Source: Schaalia meyeri (GTDB lineage Bacteria > Actinomycetota > Actinomycetes > Actinomycetales > Actinomycetaceae). Taken from it: 32,000 nt of DNA. The position numbers were made by a program, and so were the translations under genes. Shown in pieces: positions 1 to 8,377 of this stretch. The stretch is taken from assembly GCF_900105015.1 (NCBI RefSeq), contig NZ_FNLK01000005.1:240001-272000 (forward strand), read 5' to 3'. The notes under the pieces were generated by a model. It saw nothing but the letters and a program-made list of their open reading frames with translations, was not told where the DNA came from and ran no database searches. How positions within the stretch are numbered: the first letter of the stretch is position 1; each line of letters starts with the position of its first letter.

Positions 1-463
1 GGTACGCGAACGTCACCACGCGACGCTCGCGTATGGCGCGCGCACACTGCGTGGCGGCCCCCAATCCCGACAGGCCGAGGGTAATGAGCGGTGCCGAAGA
101 GTCATCCGATGATGCCGCAGCGGCCTTGGCGTCAACCGAATCTGCGATCAGCTCGTCCGTGTCCCACGCGCGGGCGGCGAGCGAAATCAGCGCGCGATCG
201 GCGCTGGAGATCTCAATATTGGGCGCGAGGGAGTCCCTGCTGATGCTGTAGCGCTCGCCGGAGTGAATCGTCAGGTGCGCACCCGCCTCGCGCAGCGCGT
301 CCTTGTCGCGCTGAAACTGCGTCTCGAAGGCTGCCTCGGCCAGCTCCCGGTATCCAGGAAGTGAGCGAAGCTGCGCTTTGGTGCGACCCGGACGCGCGCC
401 AAGGAGCTCGACGAAGAGCTCCAGGACGCGCACGTTGGCGCTGGGGGCGATACTCACCCACAT
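1..463 (-). CDS. WYL-domain / HTH transcriptional regulator (PafB/PafC-like); start codon present, 3' end runs off the window
   Basis: It is absent from the ORF track because it has no stop codon in the window. The minus-strand ATG at 461-463 gives MWVSIAPSANVRVLELFVELLGARPGRTKAQLRSLPGYRELAEAAFETQFQRDKDALREAGAHLTIHSGERYSISRDS...CARAIRERRVVTFAY. That is an N-terminal HTH, the FxRDKDxLRExG linker and the beginning of a WYL domain. Confidence 0.6.
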   Translation of the reverse strand, partial: MWVSIAPSANVRVLELFVELLGARPGRTKAQLRSLPGYRELAEAAFETQFQRDKDALREAGAHLTIHSGERYSISRDSLAPNIEISSADRALISLAARAWDTDELIADSVDAKAAAASSDDSSAPLITLGLSGLGAATQCARAIRERRVVTFAY

Positions 464-505
464 ACCCTACGTCCAACGCGGGCCTCCCACGGACGCGGCG
501 CACCG

Positions 506-1555
506 TCAGGACTGAGACGAGCGTTCCTCGTCGGTGGAAACAAATTGATTCGTCACGATCGAATCGGTATCAACGGAACCCTCCAGCACTCCGATCGACG
601 AAAGGAAGCTCAGCATCGACGCCCATCGTTTGAGATCCTGGACTCCATCCGCCTGACCGCTCTGTCCACTCCACAGGGGAATCGTTGCAGTCAAGACAGC
701 ATGTGCGCCGGATAGGGCCGTCTCATCGGTCAGCGTCGTGTCCCACTTCGATGTGGCCTCGACAGCGACCTTGGGATCCGCTGCGATCGCGTCCATCGCC
801 TCTGTCGTTGCCTGAACGATGGCTTTCGCCTGGTCGGGGTGCGTGTCCGCCCACTCGTGAGTCGTAATGATCGAAGCACCAACTAGGGGTGTCGCGGCCC
901 CTCCCAGCGGAATCTCTCGAATGTCGATGCCCGCCAGGCGCATTTGCACCGCGTCGTTGTTGGTGAAACCAACGACCGCATCGACCTGCCCGGATGCAAG
1001 AGCCGCCCGTTGGGTGTATCCAATCGACGATATCGTTACATCCGATGCCTGCAGGCCGCCGTCCCTCATGGCGGCAAGCGCGGCGTAGTAGTTCGAACCG
1101 TATTCACCCGGAATGCCGATGGTCTTGCCCGCGAGGTCTGCCAGGCCTTTGATCGAAGAATCCGCGGGGACGATGACCGTGCCCGGATAGGCGTCGTAGT
1201 AGCGGCCGATAGACACCAGATCGAGCCCCTGCGAGGCGGCTACCGCTGCCTCGTCGCCCGAGGCGATCACCACGTCTTCCTGCCCGGCAAGCAACGCCGT
1301 GAACAAGCCCTCGTCAGAGCCGTGATGGCGGATCGTCGGGTGAATCCCGGCAGCGCCGTAGGTTCCCTGCGCCTCAGCAACGTACACGGGAGCGAACTGG
1401 ATATTGGGGATGTAGGTTAAGCCGATCGTGACGTCTGCGGCGCCGTCTGGTGTCGATCCTCTGTGCTCCGATGGGGCGCCGGGCGTGCACCCCGCCAGGA
1501 TCAGCGACGCGCACGCGCCGAGCGCAACTGTGCGAAGAACTGCGGAAACATTCAA
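506..1555 (-). CDS. ABC transporter substrate-binding lipoprotein, NMT1/ThiY (NitT/TauT) family; candidate riboflavin/flavin-precursor binding protein (RibY-like)
   Basis: 349-aa ORF with a TTG start at 1555, preceded by GAAGGAG. It has a signal peptide with lipobox LILAGC. The body (IGLTYIPNIQFAPVYVAEAQGTY..., KTIGIPGEYGSNYYAALAAM) is typical of the NMT1/THI5/ThiY binding-protein fold. It is the second gene of an operon headed by an FMN riboswitch. Confidence 0.8.
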   Translation of the reverse strand: MNVSAVLRTVALGACASLILAGCTPGAPSEHRGSTPDGAADVTIGLTYIPNIQFAPVYVAEAQGTYGAAGIHPTIRHHGSDEGLFTALLAGQEDVVIASGDEAAVAASQGLDLVSIGRYYDAYPGTVIVPADSSIKGLADLAGKTIGIPGEYGSNYYAALAAMRDGGLQASDVTISSIGYTQRAALASGQVDAVVGFTNNDAVQMRLAGIDIREIPLGGAATPLVGASIITTHEWADTHPDQAKAIVQATTEAMDAIAADPKVAVEATSKWDTTLTDETALSGAHAVLTATIPLWSGQSGQADGVQDLKRWASMLSFLSSIGVLEGSVDTDSIVTNQFVSTDEERSSQS

Positions 1556-1567
1556 GGGGATTCTCCT

Positions 1568-2341
1568 TCACTGCGTGATGTCGTAACGTCTCGACCGCTC
1601 GATCCTGTACACGATGATGTAGAGCATCGTCGCCATCACGCACAAAATTGCGATAACGACGAACATTCCGGCGGTGTCCACGTTGCTTCTCATTTGAGTG
1701 AGTACCTGCCCGAGTCCGGCCCCGCCCATCACCATCTCGCCCACGACGGCGCCCGTCACTGACAGCGCGAAACCGTTGCGCAGCCCACCGAGAATGGCGT
1801 GTGCTGCCAACGGAATCTCCATCTGCGTGGCCATAGTCCATCCGGTTGCCCCGTCGAGGGCCGCCGCTTCGAGGAACTCGCGGTTGATGTGCCGCAAACC
1901 GACGACGGTGGAGACCAGAATCGGGAAGAAGACAATGAGCGCGCAGAGCGCGATGACAGAGGTCATGCCGTACCCGACCCACAGGACTAACACGGGGGCG
2001 ATTGCAATGGCTGGCAATGCTTGGGTTGCCCCGAGGAAGGGTTCTACCGCCGCAGCGAGGAGGCGCGATCGGTAGATCGCATAGGCTAAAGGCAGCGCGA
2101 CAACCGTTCCGAGCGCACAGCCCGCGATTGCTTCGCCGCCAGTCACACCAATCTGATGCCACGTCGTGGGGCGCTTCAACAGGGTCGCCCCCCTTGCGAT
2201 AACGGATAGCGGATCCGGCAGGCGCCAGGCTTCGATGCCGGTCAGCGCGGTCGTCAGCCACCAGCCCGCCAGGGCGAGTGCGAGGAAGACGATCGGTGCC
2301 GCGACGGTGAGAGCGCCGCGAGGCTTGTTCCGAGATACCAC
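1568..2341 (-). CDS. ABC transporter permease (NitT/TauT-type, ThiX/RibX-like)
   Basis: 257-aa polytopic membrane ORF with a GTG start at 2341, preceded by GGAAAG. It has about six hydrophobic segments and the binding-protein-dependent permease loop region (EAAALDGATGWTMATQMEIPLA). It stops 10 nt before the binding-protein gene. Confidence 0.8.
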   Translation of the reverse strand: MVSRNKPRGALTVAAPIVFLALALAGWWLTTALTGIEAWRLPDPLSVIARGATLLKRPTTWHQIGVTGGEAIAGCALGTVVALPLAYAIYRSRLLAAAVEPFLGATQALPAIAIAPVLVLWVGYGMTSVIALCALIVFFPILVSTVVGLRHINREFLEAAALDGATGWTMATQMEIPLAAHAILGGLRNGFALSVTGAVVGEMVMGGAGLGQVLTQMRSNVDTAGMFVVIAILCVMATMLYIIVYRIERSRRYDITQ

Positions 2342-2400
2342 GACTTACTTTCCGACACCGGGGGTACGCGCAGCACAGCAGACGCACAAACGCGCCTCAT

Positions 2401-2522
2401 GCACTCCTCCCATCCGGACTTTAACCGTCGGCGCCGGAATTTCACCGGCTCAGCCACCCTGTTCTGGAGGGTGGGTCGCGGACTATCACCGCCGGTTCGG
2501 ACTTTCACCGACCCCGGAGTAC
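2401..2522 (-). promoter_or_regulatory. FMN riboswitch (RFN element) aptamer in the 5' leader of the permease/binding-protein operon
   Basis: The minus strand reads GTACTCC-GGGG-TCGGTGAAAGTCCGA-ACCGGCGGTGATAGTCCGCGACC-[CACCCT CCAGAAC AGGGTG]-GCTGAGCCGGTGAAATTCCGGC-GCCGACGGTTAAAGTCCGGATGGGAGGAGTGC. Both conserved, pseudo-symmetric RFN halves are present. A 7-bp P1 (GTACTCC/GGAGTGC) closes the aptamer and a variable hairpin sits in the middle. It ends about 60 nt upstream of the GTG at 2341. Confidence 0.85.
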
Positions 2523-2597
2523 TCCCGACCATTGTGCCACCCCTCGGCATTCGACGCGACACGTACTGGTTTTCGCCGATTGCAGGAGAAAACGGGG

Positions 2598-3269
2598 TCA
2601 GTGGGTGTGGGCACCCGCCAGCTCGCGCAGTGCCTCCACCTCGCGATGAGCGTCCTCCGCCCGGAAGACGGCGGAACCGGCGACAAAGTTATCAGCGCCC
2701 GCCTGCGCGGCTCGCTCGATCGTCGCCCGAGAGATACCTCCATCGACCTGGATGGACACGTCGAGGCCGGCGGCGTTGATCGCCGCGCGGGTGCGCTCAA
2801 TCTTCGGAATCATCTGTTCGATAAAGCTCTGTCCGCCGAATCCCGGTTCGACCGTCATGATGAGGATCATGTCGAACTCGTTGAGTATGTCGACGAAGGG
2901 AGCGATGTCCGTCGCTGGCTTAAGCGCCAGGCCCGCGCGGGCACCCAGGCGGTGCAGTTCCCGGGCCAGCCGCAACGGCGCTGTCACCGCCTCGGCGTGG
3001 AAGGTCACGGAGTGGCAGCCGACCTCGGCGTACTGCGGTGCCCACCGATCCGGTTCGTCGATCATCAGGTGCGCGTCGACCGGGAGAATCCCGGACTTAA
3101 CGACCGCCTCCGCAACGGGCAGACCCCACGACAGGTTGGGGACAAAGTGGTTGTCCATGACATCGACATGGGCGACGTCCGCTCCGGCGATCTTGTTGAG
3201 TTCGCCGCGCAGATCGGCGATGTCGCAGTTCAGAATCGAAGGGCTAATTGTGGCGTTCATAACGTACAT
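2598..3269 (-). CDS. rpe: ribulose-phosphate 3-epimerase
   Basis: [24 protein letters not shown]...[16 protein letters not shown]...HLMI...TFHAEA...[12 protein letters not shown]...VDGGI are canonical Rpe motifs. The ORF-track start at 3464 would overlap rsmB. The ATG at 3269 (or 3260) lies immediately after the rsmB stop at 3271 and gives a normal length of about 220 aa. Confidence 0.9.
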   Translation of the reverse strand: MYVMNATISPSILNCDIADLRGELNKIAGADVAHVDVMDNHFVPNLSWGLPVAEAVVKSGILPVDAHLMIDEPDRWAPQYAEVGCHSVTFHAEAVTAPLRLARELHRLGARAGLALKPATDIAPFVDILNEFDMILIMTVEPGFGGQSFIEQMIPKIERTRAAINAAGLDVSIQVDGGISRATIERAAQAGADNFVAGSAVFRAEDAHREVEALRELAGAHTH

Positions 3270-3270
3270 G

Positions 3271-4743
3271 CTAGCGCCTGCGCAGGCACGCAACAAACAT
3301 GAGATCGGTACCCAAGCGATGGTCCCATAGCTGGAGTGTACGCCCGCCGTGACCGCCGATACGCCCCACCGTATCCGGGAGTTCGAGCGCGCGGAGCGCG
3401 CAGTCGTCGGCAATCTCGATCGTGTCGAGCAGCTCGACCTTTCCGCCAGTGAGCAGGCGCACAACCTGGTCTCGCGTCTCTGCCACGTGCGGGGAACACG
3501 TGATGTAGGTCAGGACGCCGCCGGGGCGGGTGAGCGCGACGGCACGGTCGAGGAGCTCACGCTGGAGGAGCGTCAGGGCTTCAAGGTCTGCCTCGGTGCG
3601 GTTCCAGCGCGACTCGGGACGCCGGCGCATCGACCCCATGCCGGAGCAGGGGGCGTCAACGACGACCCGGTCAAAGGACGCGAGCGGCCAAGCGCTGCTC
3701 CCACCACCGAAGCTCCGGCCGTCACCGCTCACCACGTCGATCGAATCGAAGAGCCGTGTCGTGCGCTCAACGAGGCGCGCTCGGTGCGGGTGAATCTCGT
3801 TGGCAGTGACGCGCGCCCCGACGCGGGTGGCCAGCCCAGCGAGCATCGCCGCCTTGCCGCCCGGTCCCGCGCACAGGTCAAGCCAGCGCCCGTCCTCTCC
3901 CCCGTCCAGGGGCGCCTGGGCCGCGATGAGCGCGGCCAGCTGGGAGCCCTCGTCCTGGGCGCCCGCACGACCGTCGCGGATGGAAGGCAGACGAGAGGGA
4001 TCACCCGATTCGAGCATGACCGCATGGGACGAGATAGTGCCAAACGCGACGCGAGTGTTCAGGATATCCTCCGCCTCGTCGGCAAGTTCTACCGCTTCCA
4101 TCAGCGTGGGACGGGCGACCAGGGTCACCGTCGGAACCTCGTTGTCAGCGGCCAGCACGTCAACGAGTTCCTCGGTCGGATACCCGTGAGCAGCGAGTGC
4201 CTCACGGAACGCGCGAACCATCCACGCCGGATGCGAGTGACGCACCCCCAGGGCTTCGTCCTGGTCCTCGATCGCGGCCATCGCCTTCTCGCGGTCCGCC
4301 GGGTCTTCACGGGTGATGGAACGCAGGACAGCATTGATAAAGCGTACGGGGCCGTCGGTCAGGTGTTCGCGTGCCACATCAACGGTCGCGGATACCGCAG
4401 CATGGTCGGGCACACGCATGTTGAGCAGCTGGTGGGCGCCCATGCGCGCCAGCACCAATACCCGGAGATCGAGGCGGGCCAGCGGACGATCCACGTGCCG
4501 AGCAATCACCCAGTCGAGGCGTCCGATTGTGCGAAGGGTTCCGTGCACGAGCTCGGAAGTAAAGGCTGCATCGCGATCCGAAAAGTGCCCTTCTCGACGC
4601 GCTTGGCGCAGAGCCTTCGGCAAAATGAGGTTCGCGAACGCTCCCTGCGCCTCGACCTCGTGCAACACGTCGTATGCGATGCGACGAGGCTCATCCGCCC
4701 GGCGCAGCTTCCTATAGCCGTCGGCGTAGCGTTTCTCGCTCAT
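3271..4743 (-). CDS. rsmB: 16S rRNA (cytosine-C5)-methyltransferase RsmB/Sun
   Basis: 490 aa. It has an N-terminal NusB-like domain, the SAM-binding [10 protein letters not shown] motif, and the catalytic motifs DAPCSGMG and YITCSPH. Its ATGA start overlaps the end of fmt, the classic fmt-rsmB coupling. Confidence 0.9.
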   Translation of the reverse strand: MSEKRYADGYRKLRRADEPRRIAYDVLHEVEAQGAFANLILPKALRQARREGHFSDRDAAFTSELVHGTLRTIGRLDWVIARHVDRPLARLDLRVLVLARMGAHQLLNMRVPDHAAVSATVDVAREHLTDGPVRFINAVLRSITREDPADREKAMAAIEDQDEALGVRHSHPAWMVRAFREALAAHGYPTEELVDVLAADNEVPTVTLVARPTLMEAVELADEAEDILNTRVAFGTISSHAVMLESGDPSRLPSIRDGRAGAQDEGSQLAALIAAQAPLDGGEDGRWLDLCAGPGGKAAMLAGLATRVGARVTANEIHPHRARLVERTTRLFDSIDVVSGDGRSFGGGSSAWPLASFDRVVVDAPCSGMGSMRRRPESRWNRTEADLEALTLLQRELLDRAVALTRPGGVLTYITCSPHVAETRDQVVRLLTGGKVELLDTIEIADDCALRALELPDTVGRIGGHGGRTLQLWDHRLGTDLMFVACLRRR

Positions 4744-5683
4744 TGGAGGTCCTTTGCCTCGCCCCCGAGGCGCAGGTCATCGGAGGGGCGCGCTCCCCTG
4801 GCCCACGCTGCGGCATCCATCCAGGACTTACCGGCTGGGGCGACCTTTCCCAGAATCAAGGCACCTTGCGAACAGCCGACGCTCACTTGTTTTTTCGTCA
4901 CCTCAAGCTGGCCCGGCGCCAGGTCGTCCCTGTCGACAGGCGTTGCCGTGTCCAGCTTCATGCGTACCCCCCGGGCAAGAAGGTGAACGCACCGGGGTTG
5001 GGGGTGACGGAACGGATAACGCGGTCCTCGTGGGCCGCGCCGTGCGTGAACGACACGTAGCCGTCGGCGTGAGTCAGTCGACGTGCGTGCGTGGCGCCGT
5101 CCTCGCTCTGTGCTTGTGCCTGCGCGGTTCCCGCCTGCAGCGAATCCACGACGTCGAGCACTTGCTGAGCCCCCGCCTGAGCCATTGAAGCCAGTAGCTC
5201 ACCCGCACTCTCTCGGCCGATCGGCACCTTCGCGCGCGAATAGATGGCACCCGTATCGAGTCCTTCCTCGAGTGCGAAAACGCACGATGCCGTGGAGAGA
5301 TCCCCTTCTCGGATCCCCCACTGGACGGGTGCGGCGCCCCTCCATCGGGGCAGGTCGGAGAAGTGCAGGTTGATCCATCCGTGCGTCGGCATCGCCAGGA
5401 CGGCGGGAGGCACGAGTCCTCCATAAGCGACGACCACACCCAGGTCGGCGCGAGCAGCAGCGATGCGTTCGCGGGTCTCAGGAGCCTTGAGCGCCGTCGT
5501 CTCGAGCAGATCGACGCCAGCCTCCGAAGCAATCTGGGCGACCGGAGAGGGGGAAAGGGTCTTGCCTCGCCCGCGGCGGGCGGGCGGGCGGGTGAGGACC
5601 AAAACCACCTCGTGGGACGAATGGAGCAGGCATCGCAGCGTGGGGACTGCTGCCTCGGGAGTTCCAGCGAATATTATGCGCAC
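4740..5683 (-). pseudogene. fmt: methionyl-tRNA formyltransferase, split by a 1-nt frameshift in a G6 run (true pseudogene or homopolymer sequencing error)
   Basis: ORF 4958..5683 (MRIIFAGTPEAAVPTL...HFSDLPRWRGAAPVQW...) is the Fmt N-terminal domain plus part of the C-domain, and ends ...FTFLPGGYA*. ORF 4740..4961 in another frame (MKLDTATPV...VGCSQGALILGKVAPAGKSWMDAAAWARGAR) is the Fmt C-terminal domain. The junction lies at C6 on the plus strand (4967-4972), which is G6 on the coding strand. One extra G would give a continuous protein of about 316 aa (...LPGGVRMKLD...). Confidence 0.85.
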
Positions 5684-5716
5684 GCCTGACAGTTTACGGC
5701 ACGGAACGCCCCGTAC

Positions 5717-7699
5717 TCAGAAGAGCTCGGGTGGGTTCACGCTCATTTTGACGGCGGGTAACTTCCTGGCGCTACGGGAGCGCCGGATGTCGGTTAAAAC
5801 TGAGAGCATCTCGCTGGAGTGAGGCAGAGGCGTCCGGACGAGAGTGCGCACCTCGTTCTCCTCTCCTTCGCGCGTCGCGGGACGCACGACCGTGCCCACC
5901 AGCTCGGTGCCCCCCTCGCGGACAACCTGGTCAACTACTTGACGTACCTGCGCGGAGGGGCCGTCGAGCGCGACCATCGTCGAGGCCGGAAAGAAACCGA
6001 GCGCTTCCCGTTCGTCAAGCAGGCGTTCGGCATAGTCGGCGGGAGACCACCGGACCAGCATCTGACCGAGTGAGGCCGGAATGGTACCGACGACGAGGCA
6101 GGGGTGTCCCGGGCGCACGAGAGAAAGCGCGTTGAGCCATCGTCTGGCCGCCTCCTCGGGCGCCCACAACTCCGGGCGTCCGGCGAGCGCGGGTGCGTCC
6201 AGAATGACCGCGCCCGCATAATCGCCCTCGACCGGTGGTTCGGCACCTGCGGTTGCGACGACAACGGTTCGTCGCGACGGCAATTCACGGGTAACACGGT
6301 GGGCAGCTGAGGATTCGAGCACCGAAACGTCGCGGAGAGTTGTAGCGATCTCTTCGGCGGTACGGGCGGAACCGACGCGGGCGCCGCGCAACTCGGTTCC
6401 CGAGCAGTGCGGGCATCGCCAGGATTGCTGCTGCCGCCCGCACCACGCGCACGCGGTGTTGCCCCCGCCGTCCATGGATATGGGCCCCGAGCAGTGTCGG
6501 CACCGGGCACGCTCATCGCACCGACGGCACACGATGGTCGGCCAGTAGCCGGCGGACGCGACCTGGATAAGCACCGGCCCCTCGCGCAGACCCTGACGGA
6601 TCATGCGCAAGGCCGCCTGCGGGATACGCATGCGACCGCTCGCGCCCTCGCAATCGGCTTGTGTGCTCCCGTGCAGGTGGACCCGGGGCGTGGCTTCGCG
6701 TAGCGCCTGAGGGGTCGGTTCCAAGTTCGCCGCCCACCCGGAGCGTACGAGTGCCTGTGACTTGACCGATCGCGCGCAGGAGGCAACGATCAGACCGGTG
6801 CCCTCGACGGCGCACCGCTGAACCGCCACGTCAAGGGCGTCGCACCGGGGAAAACGGCGCTCCCGAAGGCGGTCGTCACCATCGTCGATAATCACGATCA
6901 ATCCCAGCGACGAACACGGGACCCACACGGCAGAACGCGTACCCACGACGATTGGGACGTGCCCGAGGGATGCCGCAGCGTGCACGCGATAGCGCTCCTG
7001 CGGCGAAACCTCCCCGCCCGTGAGAGCGACCGGCACCCCGGTGTCCTCTTGCAGCTCGCGAGCCCGGCGCGCCGCCTGCTCGCTCGTCGCCGTCACCACG
7101 ATAACGCTGCGGCCAGACGAGACGGTAGCCGCGACGGCCTCGAAGAGGCATTCGCGAAGGCGGGGGCGAAGCGTCGTGACAACTGCACGTGGGGACTCCC
7201 CCGCCCTGAGACGAGACACCAGCGCGCCCCCGGCGTGATATGCCTGCCAGCCCCGGCCATCCTCGTCGCATTCAACGCTGGGCCAGGCGGGCGCTAAAGC
7301 CTCACGCGCCTCCTTCTCGGCGCGCGCGTGCCTCACAGGAATAGCGAGGGACAGTACCTGGGAGGTCGTGGCGAGGAAACGCGACGCGATACGGCGCGCG
7401 GTCTCATAGATCGCGGGGGCGAGCACGGGCAGTGACGAGGTAACCGATTCGATGCGGGCTGTTCCGGCTCCCACCTCGCGCCGGGATCGTTCGACAATCC
7501 ACCCGTCGACGCGCGCACCGGAAAAGCGAACGCGGACCAAGGCCCCCACGGCGGCAGCATCGGCCAGCTTCTCGGGAATGACATAGTCCAAAGGCCGATC
7601 CATGTGCGAAAGGTCGACGTCGACGAGCACGCGTGCGATGTCCGCACGGTGAGTGGTCGGCGGATCAAAGCCTTCGAGCATACCCTGGAGGGAGGTCAT
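5717..7699 (-). CDS. priA: primosomal protein N' (PriA), actinobacterial type with degenerate ATPase motifs
   Basis: 660 aa. The N-terminal DNA-binding region is VLVDVDLSHMDRPLDYVIP...LVRVRFSGARVDGWIV. A Cys-rich zinc region reads CRRCDERARCRHCSGPISMDGGGNTACAWCGRQQQSWRCPHCSG. It sits between fmt and metK, as in other actinobacteria. Confidence 0.85.
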   Translation of the reverse strand: MTSLQGMLEGFDPPTTHRADIARVLVDVDLSHMDRPLDYVIPEKLADAAAVGALVRVRFSGARVDGWIVERSRREVGAGTARIESVTSSLPVLAPAIYETARRIASRFLATTSQVLSLAIPVRHARAEKEAREALAPAWPSVECDEDGRGWQAYHAGGALVSRLRAGESPRAVVTTLRPRLRECLFEAVAATVSSGRSVIVVTATSEQAARRARELQEDTGVPVALTGGEVSPQERYRVHAAASLGHVPIVVGTRSAVWVPCSSLGLIVIIDDGDDRLRERRFPRCDALDVAVQRCAVEGTGLIVASCARSVKSQALVRSGWAANLEPTPQALREATPRVHLHGSTQADCEGASGRMRIPQAALRMIRQGLREGPVLIQVASAGYWPTIVCRRCDERARCRHCSGPISMDGGGNTACAWCGRQQQSWRCPHCSGTELRGARVGSARTAEEIATTLRDVSVLESSAAHRVTRELPSRRTVVVATAGAEPPVEGDYAGAVILDAPALAGRPELWAPEEAARRWLNALSLVRPGHPCLVVGTIPASLGQMLVRWSPADYAERLLDEREALGFFPASTMVALDGPSAQVRQVVDQVVREGGTELVGTVVRPATREGEENEVRTLVRTPLPHSSEMLSVLTDIRRSRSARKLPAVKMSVNPPELF

Positions 7700-7741
7700 G
7701 AGCCTAGTGAATCAGAGTCCGCGCTCATGTACGTCCCGCGC

Positions 7742-8377
7742 TCAGCCGAGCAGCTTCAGGCCGTACTTGGCCACGACCATCGCGAGGACTGCGAAGATGA
7801 TGAGTCCCCACAGGGCCCAGTCCAGTCCCTGGGCGACAGCCCTGCGCATCCATTCGGGGGCGACAAGGATCCGCTCGCGAATGTTAATCCGTGTCAGGCC
7901 AGCGAATACCAGAGTCGTCGTGAGAGTGATGACCAGGCACCACGGGCACAGGACCTGAATGACGAAGTAGGACTGACCAAACAGCCAGAACGCGAAGAAG
8001 AGCGCCACCGTGTACAGCAGGTTCGCGCTCAGCAGGTACCAGCGGGGGAACGTCACCCCGGCAAAAACAGCAACCGAGATCGCCAGCACCACGGTTTCGA
8101 AGAAGATGCCGAGGAATGCGTTGGGGAAACCAAGGATACGTGCCTGCCACGTCTGAGCGACTGCCGAACACGACAGCACCGAAGAGATGTCGCACCCGAA
8201 ACGGGCCGACGAATCAGCGGCAAGCTGCCAGGCTTCGATCGACAGAACGAAGGAGGTGACGAGGCCGATGACACCCGAGACGATCATTTCGAGGCTCGTG
8301 CGAGAGCGCCACGATCGACGCGCGGACTCGGTGTCGTATGAGGGCACGTACTGTGCCGATTCCGGTAATTTCGTCAT
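7742..8377 (-). CDS. vitamin K epoxide reductase (VKOR) family membrane protein
   Basis: 211 aa with 4-5 TM segments. A loop cysteine pair ([10 protein letters not shown]) is followed by a membrane-embedded CPWC motif ([11 protein letters not shown]), which is the VKOR signature. Its ATGA start overlaps the metK stop (8374-8377). Confidence 0.65.
   Translation of the reverse strand: MTKLPESAQYVPSYDTESARRSWRSRTSLEMIVSGVIGLVTSFVLSIEAWQLAADSSARFGCDISSVLSCSAVAQTWQARILGFPNAFLGIFFETVVLAISVAVFAGVTFPRWYLLSANLLYTVALFFAFWLFGQSYFVIQVLCPWCLVITLTTTLVFAGLTRINIRERILVAPEWMRRAVAQGLDWALWGLIIFAVLAMVVAKYGLKLLG

Noticed and set aside
2342-2597. Expected a TPP riboswitch, because the downstream transporter is ThiXY-like. 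I also briefly considered a cobalamin riboswitch because of the GGTGAAAnTCC motifs.
   Set aside because: There is no CTGAGA ... ACCTGATCTGGATAATGCCAGCG TPP core and no GCCACTG B12 box. The duplicated GGTGAAAnTCC...CGGTnAnAGTCCG pattern with the terminal GGATGGGAG is the RFN/FMN architecture.
2536-2597. A GTTTTC...GAAAAC hairpin right after the rpe stop, considered as an rpe terminator or part of the riboswitch.
   Set aside because: It has only about 8 interrupted base pairs, no following U-tract, and lies outside the conserved RFN core. It is too weak to call.
2598-3464. Long N-terminal extensions implied by the ORF track for rpe (to 3464), aroK (to 17747), trmI (to 25653), arc (to 24542), coaBC (to 10844) and mihF (to 12000).
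   Set aside because: The extensions overlap upstream genes and are compositionally non-protein-like. Internal starts lie right at the upstream stop codons (ATGA/GTGA couplings) and give family-typical N-termini.
3349-4986. A 545-aa plus-strand ORF antisense to rsmB/fmt. Similar long antisense ORFs occur at 9856-11361 (501 aa), 21112-22614 (500 aa), 2166-3302 (378 aa) and 1374-2387 (337 aa).
   Set aside because: They are Arg/Ala/Pro/Gly-rich with no recognisable motifs. Each lies opposite a gene with unambiguous family signatures. They are the typical stop-codon-poor antisense frames of high-GC DNA.
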